This document shows positions 8,801 through 15,756 of a stretch of DNA of 64,000 nucleotides, piece by piece. Source of the DNA: Candidatus Omnitrophota bacterium (GTDB taxonomy: Bacteria; Omnitrophota; Gorgyraeia; Zapsychrales; JANLHA01); assembly GCA_020632555.1 (NCBI GenBank), contig JACKFI010000004.1, positions 12,335 through 76,334 of the forward strand. Direction: 5' to 3'. Made by a program: the position numbers and the translations under genes. The first letter of the stretch is position 1, and the number at the start of each line of letters is the position of its first letter. A model generated the notes under the pieces. It was not told the DNA's origin. It searched no databases and saw only the letters and a program-made list of their open reading frames with translations.

Positions 8801-9000
8801 TTAATCCCACGCTTTTCAAGCGTTAGGGATGAATTTCCGCCAAGGAAACCTAAAGTTTAAGACCTGCAAATTAATCCCACGCTTTTCAAGCGTTAGGGAT
8901 GAATTTCCGCCAAGGAAACCTAAAGTTTAAGACCTGCAAATTAATCCCACGCTTTTCAAGCGTTAGGGATGAATTTCCGCCAAGGAAACCTAAAGTTTAA
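8801..9000. repeat. Perfect 70-bp tandem repeat, 2.86 copies (8801-8870, 8871-8940, 8941-9000)
   Basis: Identical units read directly. Each contains the hairpin ATCCCACGCTT-TTC-AAGCGTTAGGGAT and TTTCC-GCCAA-GGAAA. The array begins 14 bp upstream of the hisS ATG. Confidence 0.95.
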
Positions 9001-9008
9001 GGGCGGAA

Positions 9009-9037
9009 ATTCAAAAGCGGAGAAAAATTCCTCCGCT
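9009..9037 (-). terminator. Rho-independent terminator downstream of the HU-family gene
   Basis: The minus strand reads AGCGGAG-GAATTTTT-CTCCGCT followed by TTTT. Confidence 0.7.
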
Positions 9038-9100
9038 TAATTAAAACCTTAATATAAAAACACTTCGAGGATAAGAAGTCTATTTTTGTAAAGCATTAGC

Positions 9101-9373
9101 TTACTTAATCTTCTGCTTCATTTCTAAGCCCGGTTTGAAAACAACAACTTTGCGGGGTGGAACAGGAACACTAGCACCAGTGCGCGGATTGCGGCCGAAT
9201 CTTGCCCGGCGTTCTTTAATTTTGAAAACGCCAAAGTTACGCAATTCTACTTTTTCATTGCGCATAAGACTATCGACGATCACATCAAAGGTTTGTTGAA
9301 CAATGGTTTTAACGTCAACTTGCTTGATTCCGGTCGCATCAGTGATTTTCAAGACGATATCTTTTTTCGTCAT
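9101..9373 (-). CDS. hup: HU/IHF-family nucleoid DNA-binding protein
   Basis: 90 aa, 'MTKKDIV...RNFGVFKIKERRARFGRNPRTGASVPVPPRKVVVFKPG'. An AGGAGGT RBS precedes it. The longer 165-aa ORF N-terminus is a translation of the upstream hairpin repeats. Confidence 0.85.
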   Translation of the reverse strand: MTKKDIVLKITDATGIKQVDVKTIVQQTFDVIVDSLMRNEKVELRNFGVFKIKERRARFGRNPRTGASVPVPPRKVVVFKPGLEMKQKIK

Positions 9374-9394
9374 AGAACTCACCTCCTTATTGCA

Positions 9395-9426
9395 AGTATA
9401 GTATAAACAATGTGTTACGATGTCAA
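9395..9426 (-). promoter_or_regulatory. Putative sigma70-type promoter for the HU-family gene
   Basis: The minus strand reads TTGACA (9421-9426), then a 15-17 nt spacer, then TATACT/TACTAT, followed by the RBS and ATG. Confidence 0.45.
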
Positions 9427-9436
9427 GATTATTTTC

Positions 9437-9615
9437 AAACCCTTTGCGGCCATCAGCCGCAGGGTTTGATGCAAGAGCTCTCGCGACGGCGCAAACCCTT
9501 TGGCCATCAGCCGCAGGGTTTGATGCAGGAGCTCTCGCGACTGAGCATGCAATGTGCGAAGGAATGCCGAGCTCTCTGTAGCGAGGCCGACGGCGCAAAC
9601 CCTTTAGCGGCCATT
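9437..9615. repeat. GC-rich hairpin repeat, 2 full units of about 55 bp plus a partial third, between dnaE and the HU-family gene
   Basis: Units are 9437-9491 and 9492-9545, with a partial unit at 9569-9615. The core is AAACCC-TT-TGCGGC-CATCA-GCCGCA-GGGTTT. GC content is far above the surrounding sequence. Confidence 0.75.
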
Positions 9616-9624
9616 AAATAATCA

Positions 9625-12600
9625 TCACATTGTCACTGAAAAGCTTTCGGCACCGACCAATTCTTTGATTTCATTGATTAAAGCTTCGCTGGGAGCGACA
9701 AAAAGGTCTTCTCCTACCAGAATTTGCACACTTTTGAATTCTTGCGTATTCAAATGCAGATAAATCGGTGTTGTGCCGGGAAACAAGCTGAGCTTTTCAC
9801 GCAAAGATAAGAGAACCGGTTGTGTAATTGTAGACACATTTAAGTTGATGGCTTTAATGACTTTATAGATTTCTTCAATGCGCTTGATATCCCCGGCAAT
9901 AATATTGGGCGTTTCTTCACGAAAACCCACTCGCCCAATTACCACCACCACTGCACCTTCTTTGAGAATTTCCGCTACATTGGGATATGTGGAGGGAAAA
10001 ACCACCGCTTCTACTTCGCCATCCAAATCCTGAACTTTCACGATGGCCATACGCTCATTGCTTTTGCGCGTCGTCGTCAATTTAACACCGCTGATGATGC
10101 CAATAATCTTAACTTCTTGACCTTCCACCACACCTTTTAAATCTTTAATCGTATGTTTGGCAAACTCTTTGATTTCAGTCTTATAATGCGCCAAAGGATG
10201 TCCACTTAAATAAAAACCTAAAATCTCTTTTTCATACCCTAAAATCTCGTTCTTAGGAAATTCTTTAATATCAGGAAAAGCATTTTCTTGTTTTTTAAAT
10301 CCTCCCGCGCTTTCTCCCATACTAAAGAACGAAAATTGACCACTGGCCGCTTCTTTCTGCGATTGCGCGCCCCGCTCTAAAGCATTATCCAAAACCGCCA
10401 TCAATTGCGAACGCCGGACTTGCAAACTATCAAAAGCCCCGCATTTGATCAAACTTTCCACAACCTTGCGATTGGTCACGCGCAAATCCACCCGTTTGCA
10501 AAACTCAAAAATCGACTTGTATGGCCCATCCGCCTGCCGATTAGCCACAATGGATTCAATTGCGGTTTGACCAACATTTTTGATCGCCAAGAACCCAAAA
10601 CGAATGGTTTTTTCATCCATAACATTAAATTCAACAATACTTTCATTAATATCCGGCGGCAAAATCGCAATACCCAACTCTTCACTGGCATTAACATACT
10701 CGACAACCTTGTCGGTATTATCCTTTTCACAGGTCAGCAAAGCCGCCATATACTCGACGCTATAATTAGCTTTCAAATACGCGGTTTGATAGGAAATCAC
10801 GGCATAAGCGGCCGAATGACTGCGATTAAACCCATAGCCGGAAAAATAATCAATCAAATCAAAAAGTTTATTGGCCTCATCTTCCTTAATATGACTGGCT
10901 TTCAGGCAACCCTCAACAAACAATTTGCGAATCTTTTCCATGTCCTCAGCAACTTTCTTACTCATCGCCCGCCGCAAATGATCAGCCTGCGTCATCGAAA
11001 AACCCGCCAAAACACTGGCCATTTGCATAACTTGTTCCTGATAAATAATAATGCCAAAGGTGTCCTTTAAAAGACCTTCCAATTTCGGATGCGGATATTT
11101 CACCGTCGCTTCGCCACGTTTGCGTTTGATATAATCGTCGAGCATGCCCGAGCCCATTGGACCAGGCCGATACAAAGCCAGAATCGAAATCAAATCTTCA
11201 AACTGGCTGGGTTTAATTTTACGCAAAAGATCTCGCATACCAGCGCTTTCTAACTGAAAAATTCCCGACGCATTTCCTGTTCCCAAAAGCTCATAGGTTT
11301 TTTTATCATCCAGAGGTAATTTGCTTAAATCCAAATCAATGCCGCGAGTTTTTTTAATCCACTTAACAGCCTTGTCAATCACCGTTAAATTGCGCAAACC
11401 CAAGAAGTCCATTTTCAAAAGACCGATTTTGGCAATCCCGTCCATCGAAAAACCCGTGGTCACTTGTCCGTCGGTGCTTTTAAAAAGCGGAACATATTCT
11501 GTCAAAGGCTTATCCGCAATAACCACCCCGGCCGCGTGAATCGAAGCATGACGATTCAAACCTTCCAAAACTTGCGCGGTTTCGACAATATCATGCGCCA
11601 CCTGATTTTCTTGACACAACTTTGCCAACTGCGGCTCAACTTTAAGCGCGTCTTTAAGCGTCATGCCAATTTCAGCGGGAATCAATTTGGCAATCTTATC
11701 AACATCCGCGTACGGCGCGCTCATCACCCGCCCCACATCACGCACCGCCGCGCGCGCTTGCATGGTTCCAAAGGTAATGATTTGAGCCACATTATCCTTA
11801 CCGTATTTGTTGGTCACATAATCAATAACTTCCTGCCGACGCTCAAAACAAAAATCAATATCAATATCCGGCATACTCATTCGTTCGGGATTTAAAAATC
11901 GCTCAAACAACAAACCATAACGAATCGGGTCCAAATCGGTAATGCCCAAAAGATAACTGACCAAACTGCCCGCCGCTGAACCACGACCAGGCCCGACGGG
12001 AATCCCGCGCTGTTTAGCATAATGAATAAAATCCCAAACAATCAAGAAATAACTGACAAAACCCATTTTTTTAATGGTTTGCAATTCGTGGTTCAATCGT
12101 TCCTGCAAAACCGGCGTTATTACGCCATAGCGATCTTTGATACCACGCGTGCATAATTCTTGCAAATACTCATCCTTACCCATGCCGCCGGGCGGATCAT
12201 AATTGGGTAAATGATATTGGCCAAAACGCAAATCCAGATTACACTTGTCAGCAATCTCAACGGTATTCTGTAATGCTTCCGGCACCCACAAAAATTCACG
12301 CTTCATCTGATCAGGAGACTTGAAAAAAAACTGATCCGTTTTTAAGCGCATGCGATTAGGATCATTGAGGAAACTTTGCGTCTGAATGCACAACAAGGCT
12401 TCATGCGCTTTATACTGCGCTTGTTCCAAATAATGAACATCATTGGTAACCACCAACGGCAAATTCAGCTCTTTAGCAATGCGCATTAAGCCTTCATTGA
12501 CCGGCTTTTGATCCGGCAAACCATGCTCCATCAATTCAATGTAGAAATTGCCCTTGCCAAAAATTTGACTAAACTGATCAGCAGATTTTAAAGCGGCGTC

Positions 12601-13059
12601 ATAATGACCATTTTTAAGATTATAGGCCACCTCTCCACGTAAACACGCTGAGGTGCACAACAACCCTTCGCTGTGTTGAGCCAAAATTTCTTTGTCCATA
12701 CGCGGACGATAATAAAATCCTTCCAAATAACCAGCAGAAACCAATTTCATTAAATTTTTATAACCAGTCATATCCTTAGCAAACAAAACCAAATGTGACG
12801 ACCCGCCCTGTTGCGGATTGCGGTCAAAACGACTGCCCGGAGCCAAATACGCTTCACAACCAATAATCGGCTTGACCCCATGCTTGATCGCGGTCTGATA
12901 AAAAGTGATTGCTCCGCACAAATTGCCGTGATCGGTCATGCCCAAGGCTGGCATTTTATATTCGGCAGCTTTTTTAATCAGTTCATTGACCCGGCAAGCC
13001 CCGTCGAGTAAACTGTACTGAGTGTGAACATGAAGATGAACGTAATCGGAGAAATGCAT
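9625..13059 (-). CDS. dnaE: DNA polymerase III alpha subunit
   Basis: 1144 aa. The N-terminal PHP domain begins 'FVHLHVHTQYSLLDG', followed by pol III alpha core motifs and a C-terminal OB fold. Confidence 0.95.
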   Translation of the reverse strand: MHFSDYVHLHVHTQYSLLDGACRVNELIKKAAEYKMPALGMTDHGNLCGAITFYQTAIKHGVKPIIGCEAYLAPGSRFDRNPQQGGSSHLVLFAKDMTGYKNLMKLVSAGYLEGFYYRPRMDKEILAQHSEGLLCTSACLRGEVAYNLKNGHYDAALKSADQFSQIFGKGNFYIELMEHGLPDQKPVNEGLMRIAKELNLPLVVTNDVHYLEQAQYKAHEALLCIQTQSFLNDPNRMRLKTDQFFFKSPDQMKREFLWVPEALQNTVEIADKCNLDLRFGQYHLPNYDPPGGMGKDEYLQELCTRGIKDRYGVITPVLQERLNHELQTIKKMGFVSYFLIVWDFIHYAKQRGIPVGPGRGSAAGSLVSYLLGITDLDPIRYGLLFERFLNPERMSMPDIDIDFCFERRQEVIDYVTNKYGKDNVAQIITFGTMQARAAVRDVGRVMSAPYADVDKIAKLIPAEIGMTLKDALKVEPQLAKLCQENQVAHDIVETAQVLEGLNRHASIHAAGVVIADKPLTEYVPLFKSTDGQVTTGFSMDGIAKIGLLKMDFLGLRNLTVIDKAVKWIKKTRGIDLDLSKLPLDDKKTYELLGTGNASGIFQLESAGMRDLLRKIKPSQFEDLISILALYRPGPMGSGMLDDYIKRKRGEATVKYPHPKLEGLLKDTFGIIIYQEQVMQMASVLAGFSMTQADHLRRAMSKKVAEDMEKIRKLFVEGCLKASHIKEDEANKLFDLIDYFSGYGFNRSHSAAYAVISYQTAYLKANYSVEYMAALLTCEKDNTDKVVEYVNASEELGIAILPPDINESIVEFNVMDEKTIRFGFLAIKNVGQTAIESIVANRQADGPYKSIFEFCKRVDLRVTNRKVVESLIKCGAFDSLQVRRSQLMAVLDNALERGAQSQKEAASGQFSFFSMGESAGGFKKQENAFPDIKEFPKNEILGYEKEILGFYLSGHPLAHYKTEIKEFAKHTIKDLKGVVEGQEVKIIGIISGVKLTTTRKSNERMAIVKVQDLDGEVEAVVFPSTYPNVAEILKEGAVVVVIGRVGFREETPNIIAGDIKRIEEIYKVIKAINLNVSTITQPVLLSLREKLSLFPGTTPIYLHLNTQEFKSVQILVGEDLFVAPSEALINEIKELVGAESFSVTM

Positions 13060-13060
13060 A
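13034..13060. repeat. Direct repeat, left copy (27 bp; the functional dnaE start codon plus codons 2-9)
   Basis: AGATGAACGTAATCGGAGAAATGCATA is identical to 14209-14235. Confidence 0.95.
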
Positions 13061-13076
13061 TTTTTTATTTTTTGAC

Positions 13077-14123
13077 CTATTTTATGCTTTTACTTAATTC
13101 TTTCTCAATCTGCTTAATCGTTGGCAGACTTAATTTCAAATTCTTTGGCAATGAATGACTTAATTTATACTCCGAAACACCGATAGGTTTATGAATGTCA
13201 CTTAAAGCATATTCAGCAACCAATTTATCTTTGTTTTTGCACAACAACAGCCCTATGGTTGGCTGATCACCGGGCTTACGCAATTGCATATCGACAGCTT
13301 TAATATAAAAATTTAGCTGACCAGCAAACGACGGTTCAAAGCTTTTTGTTTTCAATTCAATAACCACGTAACAATGCAATTGTGCATGATAAAAAAGAAG
13401 ATCAATATAAAACTCCTGACTTCCAACCTGAATGTGAAATTGTTGGCCAATAAAAGCAAACCCTGCCCCCAACTCCAAGAGGAATTTAGTTAAGTGATCC
13501 ACAAGCCCTTTTTCGAGATCGCGCTCATTATAATCATCTGCCATACTTAAGAAATCAAAAACATAGGGGTCTTTTAACGTTTCATGCGCAAGGTCAGATT
13601 GTGGCTTAGGTAATGTTAAAACAAAATTACTAATCGCCTTACCTTCACGTTTATATAAACGGCTTTCTATTTGATGAGTTAAGAGGCTTCTGCTCCAATT
13701 ATGCAAAATAGTCTTTTTTACGTAATAAAACGCCTCATCTAGATTCTTACACTGTGAAATAATGACAATATTATGCCCCCAAGGGATTTGCATAATTAGT
13801 GCAACAGCTTGTTGCACTAATTCATTCTTTTTGCCGGCATAAAACAAATACCATTTTTGAATATACATCATATTCCGGCGAGAAAATCCCTTCATGGCGG
13901 GAAATTCCGTTGACAAATCTTGGCTTAACTGATCAATTAAACCATCACCCCATTTAGCTTTTTTCTGTTTAGCAACAATATCGGCGCCAATGCTCCAATA
14001 AAGCTCAAGCAACTGCGTGTTAACACTTACGGCCGCTTTAATTTGGGCATTACGAACCCGCGCTTTAATATCTGAAAGCCAGATTTTATACGCTTTATCT
14101 AAAATTAATCTTGATTTCACCAC
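13077..14123 (-). CDS. DUF1016/YhcG-family PD-(D/E)xK nuclease-like protein
   Basis: 348 aa. The N-terminal sequence 'LSDIKARVRNAQIKAAVSVNTQLLELYWSIG' is typical of YhcG. The C-terminal nuclease core is 'IDLLFYH...YVVIELK'. GTG start with a GAGGA RBS. Confidence 0.7.
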   Translation of the reverse strand: MVKSRLILDKAYKIWLSDIKARVRNAQIKAAVSVNTQLLELYWSIGADIVAKQKKAKWGDGLIDQLSQDLSTEFPAMKGFSRRNMMYIQKWYLFYAGKKNELVQQAVALIMQIPWGHNIVIISQCKNLDEAFYYVKKTILHNWSRSLLTHQIESRLYKREGKAISNFVLTLPKPQSDLAHETLKDPYVFDFLSMADDYNERDLEKGLVDHLTKFLLELGAGFAFIGQQFHIQVGSQEFYIDLLFYHAQLHCYVVIELKTKSFEPSFAGQLNFYIKAVDMQLRKPGDQPTIGLLLCKNKDKLVAEYALSDIHKPIGVSEYKLSHSLPKNLKLSLPTIKQIEKELSKSIK

Positions 14124-14138
14124 AAAATCCTCACTGTT

Positions 14139-14234
14139 TTAAAGAAACACTAAACCTGGACAAACACTGCAAAACATCAGCAAACCTTCAAATTGGCTAT
14201 TTATATGTAGATGAACGTAATCGGAGAAATGCAT
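14139..14234 (-). pseudogene. Orphaned duplicate of the dnaE 5' end (31-codon remnant ORF, MHFSDYVHLHINS...)
   Basis: The first 9 codons are identical in nucleotide sequence to the dnaE start. The sequence then diverges and stops at 14139. Confidence 0.6.
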
Positions 14235-14235
14235 A
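14209..14235. repeat. Direct repeat, right copy (27 bp)
   Basis: Identical to 13034-13060. A further 4 of the next 6 bases also match. Confidence 0.95.
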
Positions 14236-14270
14236 AATAAAAAGGATTATTGAGATTAAAAATGTGTTTT

Positions 14271-14347
14271 ATCCCAAATTTTGCGTTACAACACAGTGCG
14301 CGACGATACATTGTACACAAAAAGTAAAATGCAAAATTCGGGTTTAT
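14271..14347. repeat. Palindrome-ended dispersed repeat, copy 2 (inverted relative to 646-712)
   Basis: ATCCCAAATTTTGCGTTACAACACAGTGCGCGACGATAC...AAATGCAAAATTCGGG aligns with the reverse complement of copy 1, with a few mismatches. Confidence 0.65.
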
Positions 14348-14477
14348 ATTAACACAATATTTTTTACTAGGAAAAAATTTTTTGAATATCGTCGACAAAA
14401 ACAACGGGGGCAATGAATCAGCCAGCTCAACGAGCCTGCTTCATGCCCCCGATTTTGTACAATCTAAAAAACCCTGC

Positions 14478-15098
14478 CTACTTAATCATGATTTTTCGAC
14501 CGTCAGCCTTCTTGCTGTCTTTTTTCTCGCGAGGAATAGTAACTTTCAAAACCCCATTATCATATTGAGCATCAATCAAGTCTGCCTTGGCATCATCCGG
14601 CAAAGGGATACTTTGCGAAAAATGCCCAAATGACCGCTCTTTACGAAAGAATTGATTGCCTTTGGTTTCCTCAACCTCGCTGTTTCGCTCTCCAGAAACC
14701 AACAACATGCCCTTTTTGACTTCAACATTGATATTGTCCTTTTGCATACCAGGCAAATCAATGGTCACCACATATTGCTGATCGGTTTGCTTCATGTCCA
14801 CCTTGGTTTGAAAAACATTCATGCTGGGCATCATCGTACTTCGCATCATACGACTCATTTGTCTTTGCATTCGATCCATTTCCAAAAAAGGATCCATAAC
14901 ATCTGTTGCATAATAATTCACCGGAGACGGCTGGTTTTGATCCGCTAATTGCTGTTGCAATTGCGCAACCTGCTGTTGCAAATGTTCAACTTGCTGTTTT
15001 AACTGCGCCGTATCATCGGCACCATAACCGGTTAACGGAAAAAACGCACAGACACCAACCACCCATCCTGCCATCATTAATTTTTTATAATTCATCAT
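14478..15098 (-). CDS. Hsp20/alpha-crystallin small heat-shock protein with an N-terminal signal peptide (predicted periplasmic)
   Basis: Signal-like 'MMNYKKLMMAGWVVGVCAFFPLTGYGA', a Q-rich coiled segment, a Met-rich segment, then the ACD 'VTIDLPGMQKDNINVEV...DNGVLKVTIPR'. GGAGG RBS. Confidence 0.7.
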   Translation of the reverse strand: MMNYKKLMMAGWVVGVCAFFPLTGYGADDTAQLKQQVEHLQQQVAQLQQQLADQNQPSPVNYYATDVMDPFLEMDRMQRQMSRMMRSTMMPSMNVFQTKVDMKQTDQQYVVTIDLPGMQKDNINVEVKKGMLLVSGERNSEVEETKGNQFFRKERSFGHFSQSIPLPDDAKADLIDAQYDNGVLKVTIPREKKDSKKADGRKIMIK

Positions 15099-15129
15099 GA
15101 CCTCCGTGATTTCATGACCAAAAAATTAA

Positions 15130-15582
15130 TTATCCAACCTGTATATCAATCGATTTGGGTTGCGCCGCTTCAGACTTGGGAACACTAATCTCTAAAATCC
15201 CATCTTTATAATTAGCCTTGATTTTGTTTTGATCCACATCTGTTCCCAAATTGATAACCCGAACAAACCGGCCATACGAGCGCTCAATGCGATGCGCTTG
15301 CCGATCTTTATGTTCCGCTTCACTCTTGCGTTCACCATCAATTCTTAAAACTCCATGCTCAAAAGAAATCTTAATATCCTCTTTCTTAATCCCCGGAAGA
15401 TCAGCTTTCAATACATACTGATTCTTTTCCTCCAAAAGATCCAAAGCCGGATACCAATCTCCGCCCAGCGACGATTGAGTCTCCGTCAATGAAGAAAACG
15501 GTAAATTAAAAAAGAACCCATCATCCAAAAACTTTTTAATCACATCATTGCTGCGGTTTTGATACGGTACAATTTTCATCAT
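15130..15582 (-). CDS. Hsp20/IbpA-family small heat-shock protein (cytosolic)
   Basis: 150 aa with ACD motifs 'YVLKADLPGIKKEDIKISF' and 'YKDGILEISVPK'. Confidence 0.85.
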   Translation of the reverse strand: MMKIVPYQNRSNDVIKKFLDDGFFFNLPFSSLTETQSSLGGDWYPALDLLEEKNQYVLKADLPGIKKEDIKISFEHGVLRIDGERKSEAEHKDRQAHRIERSYGRFVRVINLGTDVDQNKIKANYKDGILEISVPKSEAAQPKSIDIQVG

Positions 15583-15612
15583 CCACCTCCTGTGTTATAA
15601 AGTTAATTTTAG

Positions 15613-15639
15613 TTGGCACTCAATCATTACGACTGCTAA
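15613..15639. promoter_or_regulatory. CIRCE-like HrcA operator (degenerate)
   Basis: TTGGCACTC-N9-GACTGCTAA, compared with the consensus TTAGCACTC-N9-GAGTGCTAA. Confidence 0.5.
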
Positions 15640-15680
15640 TTATTTGTTAAAATTTTTTGAGGATTTCTCCCCAAAAGGCA

Positions 15681-15707
15681 TTAGCACTCTATTCGCCTGA
15701 GTGATAA
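15681..15707. promoter_or_regulatory. CIRCE HrcA operator upstream of hsp20
   Basis: TTAGCACTC-N9-GAGTGATAA, one mismatch from consensus. The minus strand has TTGACA (15728-15733) just upstream. Confidence 0.7.
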
Positions 15708-15756
15708 ATTATCACAATTTTTATTTTTGTCAAGAGGCAGCACAAAATAAACCCTA

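Noticed and set aside
8801-9000. Possible CRISPR array (regularly repeated 70-bp units)
   Set aside because: The units are directly adjacent and fully identical, with no unique spacers between them, and no cas genes are nearby. It is a plain tandem repeat.
8788-9100. T-box riboswitch leader for hisS
   Set aside because: I found no T-box consensus (AANNNGGGTGGTACCGCG-like), specifier-loop or antiterminator arrangement. The region is explained by the 70-bp repeats plus the terminator of the HU-family gene.
9374-9598. Long N-terminal extension of the HU protein (165-aa ORF)
   Set aside because: The extension is a translation of the GC-rich hairpin repeats (the repeated 'ASNPAADG'). A strong RBS and an ATG at 9373 give a canonical 90-aa HU protein.
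14201-14413. 70-aa ORF on the minus strand
   Set aside because: It is composed of the dispersed palindromic repeat (the same 'YRRALCCNAKFGI' peptide as the plus-strand ORF at 619-1194) and the duplicated dnaE start read out of frame. It has no RBS.
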